A stretch of 64,000 nucleotides of DNA from Escherichia virus TH57, in sequence record MT446422.1; one strand, 5' to 3'. The position numbers were made by a program, and so were the translations under genes. Shown here one piece after another: positions 44,336-53,279 of this stretch (within the stretch, counting starts at the first letter, position 1; each line of letters opens with the position of its first letter). The notes under the pieces are model-generated. The model saw only the letters and a list, made by a program, of their open reading frames with translations. It made no database searches and was not told the DNA's origin.

Positions 44336-45008
44336 AATTAATTGCGATTGTGGGTAAAAAACGCAGTGGTAAAGATACGACTGCTGATTATGTTATTAGT
44401 CAAAACGGAACAAAGTGGCAGCTTGCGGGTCCGATTAAAGAAGCGCTTTATAAAGCGTGGATTCGTCAAGACCTACCACACAATTTGACCCTGGAAAATT
44501 TTGATGGACAAGGTTATGACCGTGAAAAAACCTTAATAATGAACAACACCGAAGCTTATATTCTTCTGGTTGATGCTCTTGAATGGTTGAAACAACAATA
44601 CAATCTTGACCTTCCGAATCCAGATATGGTTCGTAAAATCATTGAATTTCACACACTAAATAATGTTGAGCCCTGGACAGTTAGACGTTTCATGCAGACC
44701 CTTGGAACTGACATTGTTTGTACAGAGTTCGACAGCATGTTTTGGATTAAAACTTTTGCATGCGACTATCTTGACAACCTCTATTCTGGATATAAATATT
44801 ACGTTGTCCCAGATGTTCGCCAAAAGAACGAACTTGATTCGCTTCGGGCGATGGGTGCTACAATAATTTTTGTAGAACGCGATGAAGCAAATCATTCTAC
44901 TGATACACACATTACGGAAGCTGGACTTCCACCACTAGCTAGTGACATTGTTATTAAAAACAATGGCACACTCGAAGAACTTTTTGATAAAATTAATAAG
45001 GTAATATA

Positions 45009-45009
<1 letters not shown>
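44332..45009 (+). CDS. 1: deoxynucleoside monophosphate kinase gp1
   Basis: 225 aa; P-loop GKKRSGKDT; position as in T4. Confidence 0.9.
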
Positions 45010-45693
<684 letters not shown>

Positions 45694-45694
<1 letters not shown>

Positions 45695-45723
45695 TGTACA
45701 AATGAGTGTAGGTGCAGTAATAT
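45694..45723 (+). promoter_or_regulatory. early promoter cassette (GTGTAC -35-like, TAATAT -10 inside inverted repeat)
   Basis: gtgtac, 18-nt spacer, taatat; -10 sits in the loop of AGTGTAGG/CCTACACT. Confidence 0.5.
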
Positions 45724-45758
45724 GTTCCTACACTAACGAATGAACAAACGGAGTTAAA

Positions 45759-46091
45759 ATGAACATCAAGACTTACAACGAGTTTTTAGCCGAATCCGCC
45801 ATCAATGAGACCAAATCAATTGATGATAGTGAAGGCTCTCTGAAATTTGGTTTAACCAAAAATGCAGATGGTGTTTTCTTTCAGATTGGTAATGAACGTT
45901 TTCAAACGTCCAAATATTCCAAAGCTGCAGTTGAAGCTGTCCTGAAATCTGGTGGCAAGTGGAAAGGCAAAGAAGGTACTAAAGAAATTGGTATCGCTGT
46001 TGACGGCGGTATGGCTTATTTTAAAATTGGCGATGAACAATTTATTATGTCTGCTCGCGGACGTAAAGAACTGGCAAAACTTTATAAATAA
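45759..46091 (+). CDS. internal head protein-like protein with capsid targeting sequence
   Basis: N-terminus MNIKTYNEFLAE resembles the T4 IP capsid targeting sequence MKTYQEFIAE with (L/I)xE gp21 cleavage motif. Confidence 0.65.
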   Translation: MNIKTYNEFLAESAINETKSIDDSEGSLKFGLTKNADGVFFQIGNERFQTSKYSKAAVEAVLKSGGKWKGKEGTKEIGIAVDGGMAYFKIGDEQFIMSARGRKELAKLYK

Positions 46092-46099
46092 GGTTTCTT

Positions 46100-46372
46100 A
46101 TGAAAACTTTCAATGAATTTTTCAACGAGTCCCAACTGAATGAAGAAGTAAAAATTAGTAAAGCAGTCAAAGCTATGATTGACAATATCAATCACCTGTA
46201 TAGCATTGACTTGACTGACCATATAACAATTGGTAACAAACGCAACTTTTTCGCGTTTGACATTTCAGAACTTGACCAGAACCAAATTAATAACATTGAG
46301 CGTTTTGCCAATGACAAGGGTCTCCGCCATGAGACAGCTGGTTATAAAAAATATGCAATTTATCTAAAATAG
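46100..46372 (+). CDS. internal head protein-like protein (CTS-bearing)
   Basis: N-terminus MKTFNEFFNE. Confidence 0.65.
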   Translation: MKTFNEFFNESQLNEEVKISKAVKAMIDNINHLYSIDLTDHITIGNKRNFFAFDISELDQNQINNIERFANDKGLRHETAGYKKYAIYLK

Positions 46373-46380
46373 GATTTCAA

Positions 46381-46680
46381 ATGCAAACTTTTCATGAATT
46401 TTTGGTAGAAAATAATTACCTGGCAGAAGCAAAAACCTGGCCTCTGGGCCTTCAGAAGAAAAACACCTACAAATGGGTTGACTTCAAAGACAAAGGCGAC
46501 GCTGAAGACTTTGACCAGCTGCGTAAAAATGGTTATACTTTCCTTGACTCAAACTATAACAAAATTACCTCATTTAGTCAGAAATCCAGCATCGCATATA
46601 TTGAAACTGGTAAAAACACCCCTAAGAACATCACTGACGACTTCGCAGCTTATGGCGTGATTCGCGGTTCAAAAATGTAA
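46381..46680 (+). CDS. internal head protein-like protein (CTS-bearing)
   Basis: N-terminus MQTFHEFLVE; paralogous to 59410..59673 (DAEDF...KNGY.F motif). Confidence 0.65.
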   Translation: MQTFHEFLVENNYLAEAKTWPLGLQKKNTYKWVDFKDKGDAEDFDQLRKNGYTFLDSNYNKITSFSQKSSIAYIETGKNTPKNITDDFAAYGVIRGSKM

Positions 46681-46709
46681 TGTACATGATGGGATAGTTG
46701 CAGTATAAT
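46680..46709 (+). promoter_or_regulatory. early promoter cassette
   Basis: tgtaca, 17-nt spacer, tataat flanked by gggatag/atctca imperfect inverted repeat, then conserved catcaactactggag leader. Confidence 0.5.
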
Positions 46710-46735
46710 TATCTCATCAACTACTGGAGCTACTA

Positions 46736-47014
46736 ATGAAAACTTATCAAGAATTTATTAACGAATCAATTAGTCACCCGGATATGCTGGAAGACCTGAA
46801 AGGACATCTGATGGTTAAGGCCAAACCGGTTGATGGTGGCGCATTTGAGTTGTTTCTTGTTAAAGGCGAAAACGGTCCTGATAACAAGAAAGTTTCAGCA
46901 ATGATGTTGACTAAAGGTTACAAAGTCAGTTCTTCCTGGAATGCTCCATTCACTTACGCGGTAAGCCCTCGTGAACTGAAAAAAGTTAAAGCTGGACAAT
47001 ATACAAAAATTTAG
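46736..47014 (+). CDS. internal head protein-like protein (CTS-bearing)
   Basis: N-terminus MKTYQEFINE. Confidence 0.7.
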   Translation: MKTYQEFINESISHPDMLEDLKGHLMVKAKPVDGGAFELFLVKGENGPDNKKVSAMMLTKGYKVSSSWNAPFTYAVSPRELKKVKAGQYTKI

Positions 47015-47043
47015 TGTACGTGATGAGATAGTTGTAGTATAAT
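47014..47043 (+). promoter_or_regulatory. early promoter cassette
   Basis: gtgtac, 18-nt spacer, tataat, conserved leader tatcccatcaactactggag. Confidence 0.5.
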
Positions 47044-47068
47044 TATCCCATCAACTACTGGAGACAAC

Positions 47069-47302
47069 ATGAAAACTTATCAAGAATTTATTAATGAAAC
47101 TGCTGATGTTAAAGTGCAATTCATTTACACCGGCAAGAAAGATAAAATGGGCGAAATGCCTTATGGAACTCTCCGCGACGCCTTAGATAATTACGGTCAG
47201 CTCGGCGGTGAAGAGTTTGGGGACTATTTTGTTATCCAGGGTCCAGCAGAAGTTATCGAGAAATGGGCTAAACAGTATAAATCAATTTTCCGTAAAAAAT
47301 AA
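47069..47302 (+). CDS. internal head protein-like protein (CTS-bearing)
   Basis: N-terminus MKTYQEFINE. Confidence 0.7.
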   Translation: MKTYQEFINETADVKVQFIYTGKKDKMGEMPYGTLRDALDNYGQLGGEEFGDYFVIQGPAEVIEKWAKQYKSIFRKK

Positions 47303-47333
47303 GTGTACTTTTAGATATGGGATAGTGTATAAT
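47303..47333 (+). promoter_or_regulatory. early promoter cassette
   Basis: gtgtac ... GGGATAgtgTATAATtATCCC (inverted repeat enclosing -10), conserved leader. Confidence 0.5.
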
Positions 47334-47361
47334 TATCCCATCAACTACTGAGGAGAATAAA

Positions 47362-47547
47362 ATGAAACGTTGCGAATTAATTAGAAATGTTACTGCCCTT
47401 GTTGCTGTTTCCGCTTTCGGTTTTAGCATGTTTGCTGGCTTTATGTTGAATATGCTTTCAACTTCTGAGAATACAATCTCTTTAGTAGTTGCATTTTTAA
47501 TTGGTTCAATCTCTTTCGTTATGGATAAAATCTCCAAAGGTGAGTAA
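47362..47547 (+). CDS. hypothetical small membrane protein
   Basis: 61 aa, two hydrophobic segments; RBS GAGGAG. Confidence 0.45.
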   Translation: MKRCELIRNVTALVAVSAFGFSMFAGFMLNMLSTSENTISLVVAFLIGSISFVMDKISKGE

Positions 47548-47548
47548 A

Positions 47549-47938
47549 ATGTATAAAGTGTATGCGGATTATCAGGCAAATCCATCTGAAAAACCAGAAT
47601 GTCAAATTGGGTGGGCACATGACACCCTGCTTGAAGCGGTAGATAATGCCCAGAAATTAGGATATAGTTACGTAGATATTGTTCAACCATCTGGAACAGT
47701 TATTACTCTTGAAGAATTCAAGAATATCAAAACAAACTTTTTGCTCTTTGCTGGTGATAGCTATTATCCTCGCGGCGGTTATGCTGACTTAATTGCAAAA
47801 GCTGCGACTGAAGATGAACTGCGTGATATCATTAAAGAAAACGAGAAGAAGCCTTGTTATGGTTCCAACCGTTTTGACTGGTGGCAGATTGTTAATGCCA
47901 ATACGCATACTATTGTTGATGAAGGAACATGCGAATGA
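47549..47938 (+). CDS. hypothetical protein
   Basis: 129 aa from ATG at 47549; stop overlaps next start (ATGA). Confidence 0.5.
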   Translation: MYKVYADYQANPSEKPECQIGWAHDTLLEAVDNAQKLGYSYVDIVQPSGTVITLEEFKNIKTNFLLFAGDSYYPRGGYADLIAKAATEDELRDIIKENEKKPCYGSNRFDWWQIVNANTHTIVDEGTCE

Positions 47939-48408
47939 ATATCAAATTTGGTCAGACCATCCCTAAAGGTTATGTGATTGAAATTGAAACCTGGGAAAAT
48001 GATGGTGACAACTATAAAACCCAGACTGTATTTGGTGTAGAAGAACAAGAAATTCAACAGTACAAATATATCCTGGAACTTTTCCATGGTTCGCATTGCA
48101 ACAACCGCAATAAATGTGGTAATTCAGAATGGGATGTGGTTAAACACTTGGTTATCGCCCACATTGAATCTGGTGTAAAATCTGGTCAGTTAACCCATGA
48201 ATTTTTAAGTAAGGTTCTGGGTGTAGAAGATTTAGATGCATTGCTAAATGGCGATGAAGAATACTACCTGAATGAAGCCCTGACCGAACTTTTAGGTATG
48301 GCTTGTGAATATGATGGTGATTTCATGCGTGTAATTTCTTATGTTAAGCTATATATAATCGAAGAAGAAATCCAAATCCCATCTGTTAAAGCGCTTGATA
48401 TGCTTTAA
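47935..48408 (+). CDS. hypothetical protein
   Basis: 157 aa, start chosen at ATGA overlap with upstream stop. Confidence 0.5.
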   Translation: MNIKFGQTIPKGYVIEIETWENDGDNYKTQTVFGVEEQEIQQYKYILELFHGSHCNNRNKCGNSEWDVVKHLVIAHIESGVKSGQLTHEFLSKVLGVEDLDALLNGDEEYYLNEALTELLGMACEYDGDFMRVISYVKLYIIEEEIQIPSVKALDML

Positions 48409-48485
48409 TAAAAACGCGTTATTATTAATAAGTACCCTCTATTACCAAAGGTTCTTCCCTCAAAGAGCCTTTCATAATAGAATTA

Positions 48486-48560
48486 GGCCCTTTAGCTCAA
48501 TGGGAGAGCTGTCAGCTCATAACTGATAGGTAGCTGGATCGAAACCAGCAAGGGCCACCA
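48486..48560 (+). tRNA. tRNA with anticodon CAT (Met, or Ile if lysidine-modified)
   Basis: hand-folded cloverleaf: acceptor GGCCCTT/AAGGGCC, D stem GCTC/GAGC, anticodon stem GTCAG/CTGAT with loop CTCATAA, T stem GCTGG/CCAGC, encoded CCA. Confidence 0.8.
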
Positions 48561-48564
48561 AACG

Positions 48565-48641
48565 CGGGGTGTAGCTCAATTGTATAGAGCAACGGTCTTC
48601 TAAACCGTAGGTTGTGGGTTAGAATCCCACCACCCCGACCA
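48565..48641 (+). tRNA. tRNA-Arg (anticodon TCT)
   Basis: hand-folded cloverleaf: acceptor CGGGGTG/CACCCCG, anticodon stem ACGGT/ACCGT with loop CTTCTAA, T arm GTGGG-TTAGAAT-CCCAC, encoded CCA; T4 also carries tRNA-Arg(UCU) here. Confidence 0.8.
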
Positions 48642-48656
48642 ATTACCGAGGATATT

Positions 48657-48896
48657 ATGGTTATTAGTGAATCATATGCAGTTATGGATATAACCAACAA
48701 CGAGCTGGTTTATAGCTTTGATGAGTTTGATGAAAATGATAAACAAGTCCCATGGTTTGCATTAACTGCTCCACCTGAGCATAATAAATATCTAAGTTTC
48801 CCGACTCGCAGATTAGCAACAAATTTTATGGAATTCAATGACCTTGATTCCAATTATAAGGTTGTTAAAGTCAAATTAGCTATTACAATTGAATGA
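48657..48896 (+). CDS. hypothetical protein
   Basis: 79 aa from ATG at 48657 with GAGGA RBS immediately after tRNA-Arg. Confidence 0.45.
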   Translation: MVISESYAVMDITNNELVYSFDEFDENDKQVPWFALTAPPEHNKYLSFPTRRLATNFMEFNDLDSNYKVVKVKLAITIE

Positions 48897-49083
48897 GAAA
48901 CCGGGTCGCTACCGGTAAGTCGTCGGACTGATGTTCCCTGTTTAAGGACTGACATTAATAAATCTTTACGATTTGTTGATGTCCCCTTATATCACAGCTG
49001 AAACGGCGCACCGAATTATCGATTCGAGGAAATATCTTTGCCGTAAGCCGAGTAGCGTTTTTGACGGAACGTTCGGATATGGT

Positions 49084-49227
49084 CGAGATATGGCCTTTTA
49101 AAAATATTGAGTAGCGTCAACTGCTTAATAACCGGGTTCGAATCCCGGCGTTTCGTACAAACACTTGCCTTGCAGGTGGAACCCCGACAAGGTATAGCCC
49201 CTCCCGAAAGGTTGGGGCTTTTTTATA
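49084..49227 (+). ncRNA. candidate small stable RNA with tRNA-like T-arm and 3' terminator
   Basis: CCGGG-TTCGAAT-CCCGG T-arm-like element (49132..49148) that does not complete a cloverleaf, then GC hairpin + TTTTTTAT (49197..49227); T4 has species 1 and 2 stable RNAs in its tRNA region. Confidence 0.25.
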
Positions 49228-49262
49228 CCCCGAATAAATTTGAAATTTTCTTCAAAAAGTAG

Positions 49263-49291
49263 TGTACATCCGAATTGACCGGGTGCATAAT
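49263..49291 (+). promoter_or_regulatory. early promoter cassette
   Basis: gtgtac, 17-nt spacer, cataat, conserved leader gattccatactgagttac. Confidence 0.45.
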
Positions 49292-49342
49292 GATTCCATA
49301 CTGAGTTACACACTGAATCAAACAAAACTTTGGAGAAATAAA

Positions 49343-49768
49343 ATGAACTTTCTGACCCTGACCTCTGCATTCTCTGTTACCCGCATCACTAACAAAATGG
49401 TTGCTGACGAAGTATGTGAAATCTGCATTCGTGAAGATGCACTTATCCATCTGACTTCAACCCAGATTGTTGCCATCGCCAAGTCCCTTAATTCTGAACT
49501 GAAGGTAAACACCAAACAGTCAAAAGAGTCCATCATTGAATTAATCCAAGCTGAAATGATTGAATTCCCAATTGAAGAAGTTAAAGAAGAAAAAATCCAG
49601 TCCAAATCTGGTAATGCTCGTGACATTTGCTTCCAGGCATTTGCAGAAATTGATATGGCAGATGGTGCAGCTCGTCGCGCTCTGATTGATGTTCTGGTTA
49701 ACACCCATGATATCAAAAAGACTGTTGTTCAGTCCTATGCTTCTAACTTCCGCAAAGCTCAAAAATAA
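49343..49768 (+). CDS. hypothetical protein with conserved C-terminal domain (GAARRA.ID...SVQSYASNFRK)
   Basis: 141 aa from ATG at 49343 (RBS GGAGA); C-terminal 45 aa paralogous to 50222..50665. Confidence 0.55.
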   Translation: MNFLTLTSAFSVTRITNKMVADEVCEICIREDALIHLTSTQIVAIAKSLNSELKVNTKQSKESIIELIQAEMIEFPIEEVKEEKIQSKSGNARDICFQAFAEIDMADGAARRALIDVLVNTHDIKKTVVQSYASNFRKAQK

Positions 49769-49780
49769 TTGAGAAAAGTG

Positions 49781-49809
49781 TTTTACTTCCAGGTGGGATA
49801 GTGTATAAT
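49781..49809 (+). promoter_or_regulatory. early promoter cassette
   Basis: ttttac, 17-nt spacer, tataat inside GGGATA/TATCCC inverted repeat. Confidence 0.5.
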
Positions 49810-49851
49810 TATCCCATACTGAGTTAACAAATAAAACACTGGAGAATAAAA

Positions 49852-50148
49852 ATGTTTAACGCACCTGCATGGCACGCTACCCAAGCTCAAGAAGAAAACA
49901 AAGCAATCATTTCTGCTAAAATTGAAGCTCAACTGAATGAATTGTGCGAAACTGCTTCTGAAGAAGTTGTTGCAATCATCAAACAGTATCCTGCATCCAA
50001 CTATTCCCTGGCATGCATCAAAACAGAAATGGTTAACTTGTGGCGCAAGAATAAGAAAACTTTCTTAGGTATGCAGTACCAGGCAATCGCGTCTGCGGTA
50101 GTAAACATGTATGACTTTGAAGTTTATTTCCCAACTTCTGAAAATTAA
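49852..50148 (+). CDS. hypothetical protein
   Basis: 98 aa, RBS GGAGA. Confidence 0.5.
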   Translation: MFNAPAWHATQAQEENKAIISAKIEAQLNELCETASEEVVAIIKQYPASNYSLACIKTEMVNLWRKNKKTFLGMQYQAIASAVVNMYDFEVYFPTSEN

Positions 50149-50149
50149 T

Positions 50150-50179
50150 GTGTACTTTGGAATTTAACTAAGACATAAT
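50150..50179 (+). promoter_or_regulatory. early promoter cassette
   Basis: gtgtac, 18-nt spacer, cataat, conserved leader gattccatactgagttacc. Confidence 0.45.
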
Positions 50180-50221
50180 GATTCCATACTGAGTTACCAA
50201 ATAAACAAACGGGATAATAAA

Positions 50222-50665
50222 ATGAAAACTTCAAAACTGGTTAAGTACATTAAACTGGCATTAAACAACTCTTCTGAAGCTGAAGCACAATCCGCAGCAC
50301 GTATGTTCTTCAAACGTCTGACAGCTGAAGGTATTTCATTTAACCCGGCAGTATTTGGTATCACTCGTGGCGAAGCTGCTAAACTGGCAACGCTGGCAGG
50401 TAAAATTTTTAAAGGTCTGAATGATGGACAGGTTAAACCAGAAGTTAAACCTACTCCTAAAGCTGAACCAAAAGCTGAACGTAAGGCACCTAAACGCTCC
50501 GGCATGAGCAACAAAGATTTATGCTATGATATGTTCAAAACTGTTAATATGTCTAATGGTGCTGCCCGTAGAGCTGTTATTGATATGATTGTGCGTGAGT
50601 TTGGATTCAACAAAGCATCAGTTCAGTCTTATGCTTCCAACTTCCGCAAAGAATTTGAAATTTAA
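50222..50665 (+). CDS. hypothetical protein with conserved C-terminal domain (GAARRA.ID...SVQSYASNFRK)
   Basis: 147 aa; Lys/Pro-rich linker; C-terminal domain paralogous to 49343..49768. Confidence 0.55.
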   Translation: MKTSKLVKYIKLALNNSSEAEAQSAARMFFKRLTAEGISFNPAVFGITRGEAAKLATLAGKIFKGLNDGQVKPEVKPTPKAEPKAERKAPKRSGMSNKDLCYDMFKTVNMSNGAARRAVIDMIVREFGFNKASVQSYASNFRKEFEI

Positions 50666-50747
50666 TTAAAAAGGGGGTATACAAGCCCCCTGCTTTAAGG
50701 CATAATGATTCCATACTGAGTTACCAAATAAAACACTGGAGAATAAA

Positions 50748-51053
50748 ATGAAATTCATCATCAACCTGGCACTTGTTGACTTTGATAAAACTGGTAATTT
50801 CGCATCTGCTGAAAATATGATTCGTAACACCAAGTTCAAAGTGCAAGTCCAACAGGCGGTAGCAAAAGAGTTCTTTACTGATAAATTAACTAACATTGTT
50901 AATCACCTGAATGTACAAGTTAAATTCACTCGTGAAGCGGAAACTACTGTTGCATTTGATTTTGACTGCCAATACCATGATGAATATGTTCGCCGCATCC
51001 TGGATATTGTGTCTGATGAACTTTACTATGGTGTGCAGGAAAACAAAATCTAA
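50748..51053 (+). CDS. hypothetical protein
   Basis: 101 aa, RBS GGAGA. Confidence 0.5.
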   Translation: MKFIINLALVDFDKTGNFASAENMIRNTKFKVQVQQAVAKEFFTDKLTNIVNHLNVQVKFTREAETTVAFDFDCQYHDEYVRRILDIVSDELYYGVQENKI

Positions 51054-51057
51054 ATTA

Positions 51058-51083
51058 GTGCTTTAATGGGAACATGATAGTAT
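51058..51083 (+). promoter_or_regulatory. MotA-box middle promoter candidate
   Basis: TGCTTTA, 12-nt spacer, TAGTAT; -10 lies inside GGGAACAT/ATGTTCCC inverted repeat. Confidence 0.45.
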
Positions 51084-51125
51084 GTTCCCTGGATAATAAA
51101 ACATTAACCAACTGAAGGAAATACC

Positions 51126-51719
51126 ATGAATACTTTAAAGAAACTTGTTGAATTCATCCGCTCCAAACTGGGTACTGCAATGGCAAAAAACCTGTCTATT
51201 GAAGACCAATATACTCAAGCGGCGTCTACCCTAATTGACAAGATTACTGAGCTCCAGACTGCCCACGTTAAGTCTGTTAATGAAGAAAAACGCATCCGCG
51301 AGTTAGCGAATGAAAAAGACCAACTCGCCGCTTCAAAAGAGCGTGAAATCCGCAAACTGATTGCTGATGGTGCAGATGTCCAGGTCCATGCTAAACTGGG
51401 TCTCCTGTATCGCCGCACTGCTAAACAACTTCGTAAGAAGGCAGATGATTATGTTGAAATGCGTAATGAAATTAAATTGAAAGTTAAAGAGCTAGATGAC
51501 TCTCGTCAGGAACTAGCTGTTAAACTGGAATACATCCGCGAAACCCGTAAAGTATCTGCCCTAGGTATTGCGACTGCAGATGATGTTGTTGAAATTGCTG
51601 CATTGACTAAGATTGATATTGAAGACACTCTGATGCGTGTTGAAACCTTCAAAGGCCCACAGGTTGGTGTGGATACCACGTCCGCTGACATTGAAGAATA
51701 CATCAATTCACTTAAGTAA
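51126..51719 (+). CDS. hypothetical coiled-coil protein
   Basis: 197 aa, long charged heptad-like helices. Confidence 0.5.
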   Translation: MNTLKKLVEFIRSKLGTAMAKNLSIEDQYTQAASTLIDKITELQTAHVKSVNEEKRIRELANEKDQLAASKEREIRKLIADGADVQVHAKLGLLYRRTAKQLRKKADDYVEMRNEIKLKVKELDDSRQELAVKLEYIRETRKVSALGIATADDVVEIAALTKIDIEDTLMRVETFKGPQVGVDTTSADIEEYINSLK

Positions 51720-51762
51720 GATAAAAGGGGGCTTTGCCCCCTAATTGGGAGAGGAGAAAATT

Positions 51763-52317
51763 ATGAGCTTATATACTGACCTTATATCAAATGTAGACTG
51801 GTTTGGCGGTAGTGGCCTTGCTACCGAAACTAATACAGTTCTTTATAGAATCCGTGGCGACTTGGGTTATTCCAATGATTTCTTAAGAAGAACAACAAGT
51901 CGCGGTGATACTACAAAATTGCCTTTTATTTTTGCTTTAGCTGAAGACCTTTCTTTCGCAGATGCCTTGGAAATTATTGATGTAAATCTGGGTATTCAAC
52001 GAGTGGAATTCGCTGGACTACGTTATTCAGTATATGCTTTAAACGAGAGCGATGATTGTATACTTCTTAATATGGCAGATGATGATTACCATTTAGTATG
52101 TTATGTGGCGCTAGAAAATGGTGATGTATTTGGAATGGTTGACCGTCGGCCAGCTTATACTGATATTAAAAATTATGATAAAGCTGAGCTTCTTGATTTG
52201 ACGGCTGAGTACACATTAGAAAGTCATAAACAAAAACGAAAGCTTAATCGTTTTATTGCTGAATGTCGTGAATATGCTAAGGGGGTTCAAAATGCGAACG
52301 TTATATCTGCCAAGTAA
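51763..52317 (+). CDS. hypothetical protein
   Basis: 184 aa from ATG at 51763 (RBS GGAGAGGAG). Confidence 0.5.
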   Translation: MSLYTDLISNVDWFGGSGLATETNTVLYRIRGDLGYSNDFLRRTTSRGDTTKLPFIFALAEDLSFADALEIIDVNLGIQRVEFAGLRYSVYALNESDDCILLNMADDDYHLVCYVALENGDVFGMVDRRPAYTDIKNYDKAELLDLTAEYTLESHKQKRKLNRFIAECREYAKGVQNANVISAK

Positions 52318-52651
52318 ACCAGAAAAATTTGTATACGCAGACAAGATTGATAAAGACCTTATGCCTCCATTTGGAGCTTTGTCCATGTGCATCGTTGGGG
52401 TTATAATGATGGTGCTTTGTGGGGATATGGATATCATTAGTGTCGGAGTCGCCTGGGCACTAATAATCGCAGCTCCTTTTATTACCGTCCTGAGCATGAT
52501 ATTGATAAATGTGTGGCATCAAAATCATATGAATAAAGGATATCGTGGTCGAGTTAAAGAGTGGGAACAAAAATGTGTTTCCCTACAAGAAGAGCACAAA
52601 ATTAAATGTGCCGAAGAATTTATTAAGGAGGTTCGTAATGGAACGGCCTAG
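52292..52651 (+). CDS. hypothetical membrane protein
   Basis: 119 aa from ATG at 52292; two predicted TM helices; C-terminus ...EEFIKEVRNG. Confidence 0.5.
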   Translation: MRTLYLPSKPEKFVYADKIDKDLMPPFGALSMCIVGVIMMVLCGDMDIISVGVAWALIIAAPFITVLSMILINVWHQNHMNKGYRGRVKEWEQKCVSLQEEHKIKCAEEFIKEVRNGTA

Positions 52652-52991
52652 TCTTGCCTCACATGTTTATCAATTGGCTGAATATGATATTGGTGGCAAT
52701 TTATTATTAGGGATTGTCACCGCCATGCTTGGTGGTTTGGTTGGTCTGGTAATGACCACGGTTATGGCTGCAATCGAGGGAGTCATGCCTATTGAGATGG
52801 GGTTCTTTATGATAATCGCTCCGGCTGTTGTGGCTTATTTTATCCCTGTTGTGTATGATATCTGTCACACAAACGCCGTGAATGCTCCTAGTCGGAAGAG
52901 ATATGCTTCAGCAATGGCTGAGTATAATAAGTTCCTAGACAAAACAAAACGTAATGACCTTGAAACCTTTATTAAGGAATGTAAATCATGA
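52638..52991 (+). CDS. hypothetical membrane protein (paralog of preceding gene)
   Basis: 117 aa from ATG at 52638 (RBS AAGGAGG); TM helices; C-terminus ...ETFIKECKS. Confidence 0.5.
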   Translation: MERPSLASHVYQLAEYDIGGNLLLGIVTAMLGGLVGLVMTTVMAAIEGVMPIEMGFFMIIAPAVVAYFIPVVYDICHTNAVNAPSRKRYASAMAEYNKFLDKTKRNDLETFIKECKS

Positions 52992-53278
52992 ATAAAATTG
53001 AAATTGCTATCCCCAAGTATTATGATGAGAAATCTGCAGAAAAAGCTATCTATTCTCTTCTAAATAAGACCTCTGAAATTGAAAAACACTGTGAAGAAAT
53101 CGCAGATGAATATGGCATCGAATTCAGCACTGGCGATTACGGCACCGGCCGTACATATCACCCAGTCGGTTATGAATGTTCCGAATGGTTCGCTCACCAT
53201 ATTGAAAACAACGGCGGACAAGTTGAAAACGGCATTGTTACTGTTGGTGCCTGGGTTTCCTCTTCTGAGGTGTGCTAA
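52988..53278 (+). CDS. small protein, member 1 of tandem W-x-S-S-x-x-C tail family
   Basis: 96 aa ending GAWVSSSEVC; internal EEIADEYG motif. Confidence 0.6.
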   Translation: MNKIEIAIPKYYDEKSAEKAIYSLLNKTSEIEKHCEEIADEYGIEFSTGDYGTGRTYHPVGYECSEWFAHHIENNGGQVENGIVTVGAWVSSSEVC

Positions 53279-53279
53279 T

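Noticed and set aside
49084-49156. A third tRNA gene suggested by the GGTTCGAATCC T-arm
   Set aside because: No acceptor stem, D-arm or anticodon arm could be paired by hand; retained only as a low-confidence tRNA-like ncRNA candidate.
49262-49768. Long form (168 aa) of the ORF beginning at 49262
   Set aside because: The first 27 codons overlap the promoter/leader cassette; the ATG at 49343 has a proper RBS and leader.
51126-51719. Assignment of the coiled-coil protein as a PspA/IM30-family member
   Set aside because: Only general coiled-coil character could be seen; no diagnostic motif, so left as hypothetical.
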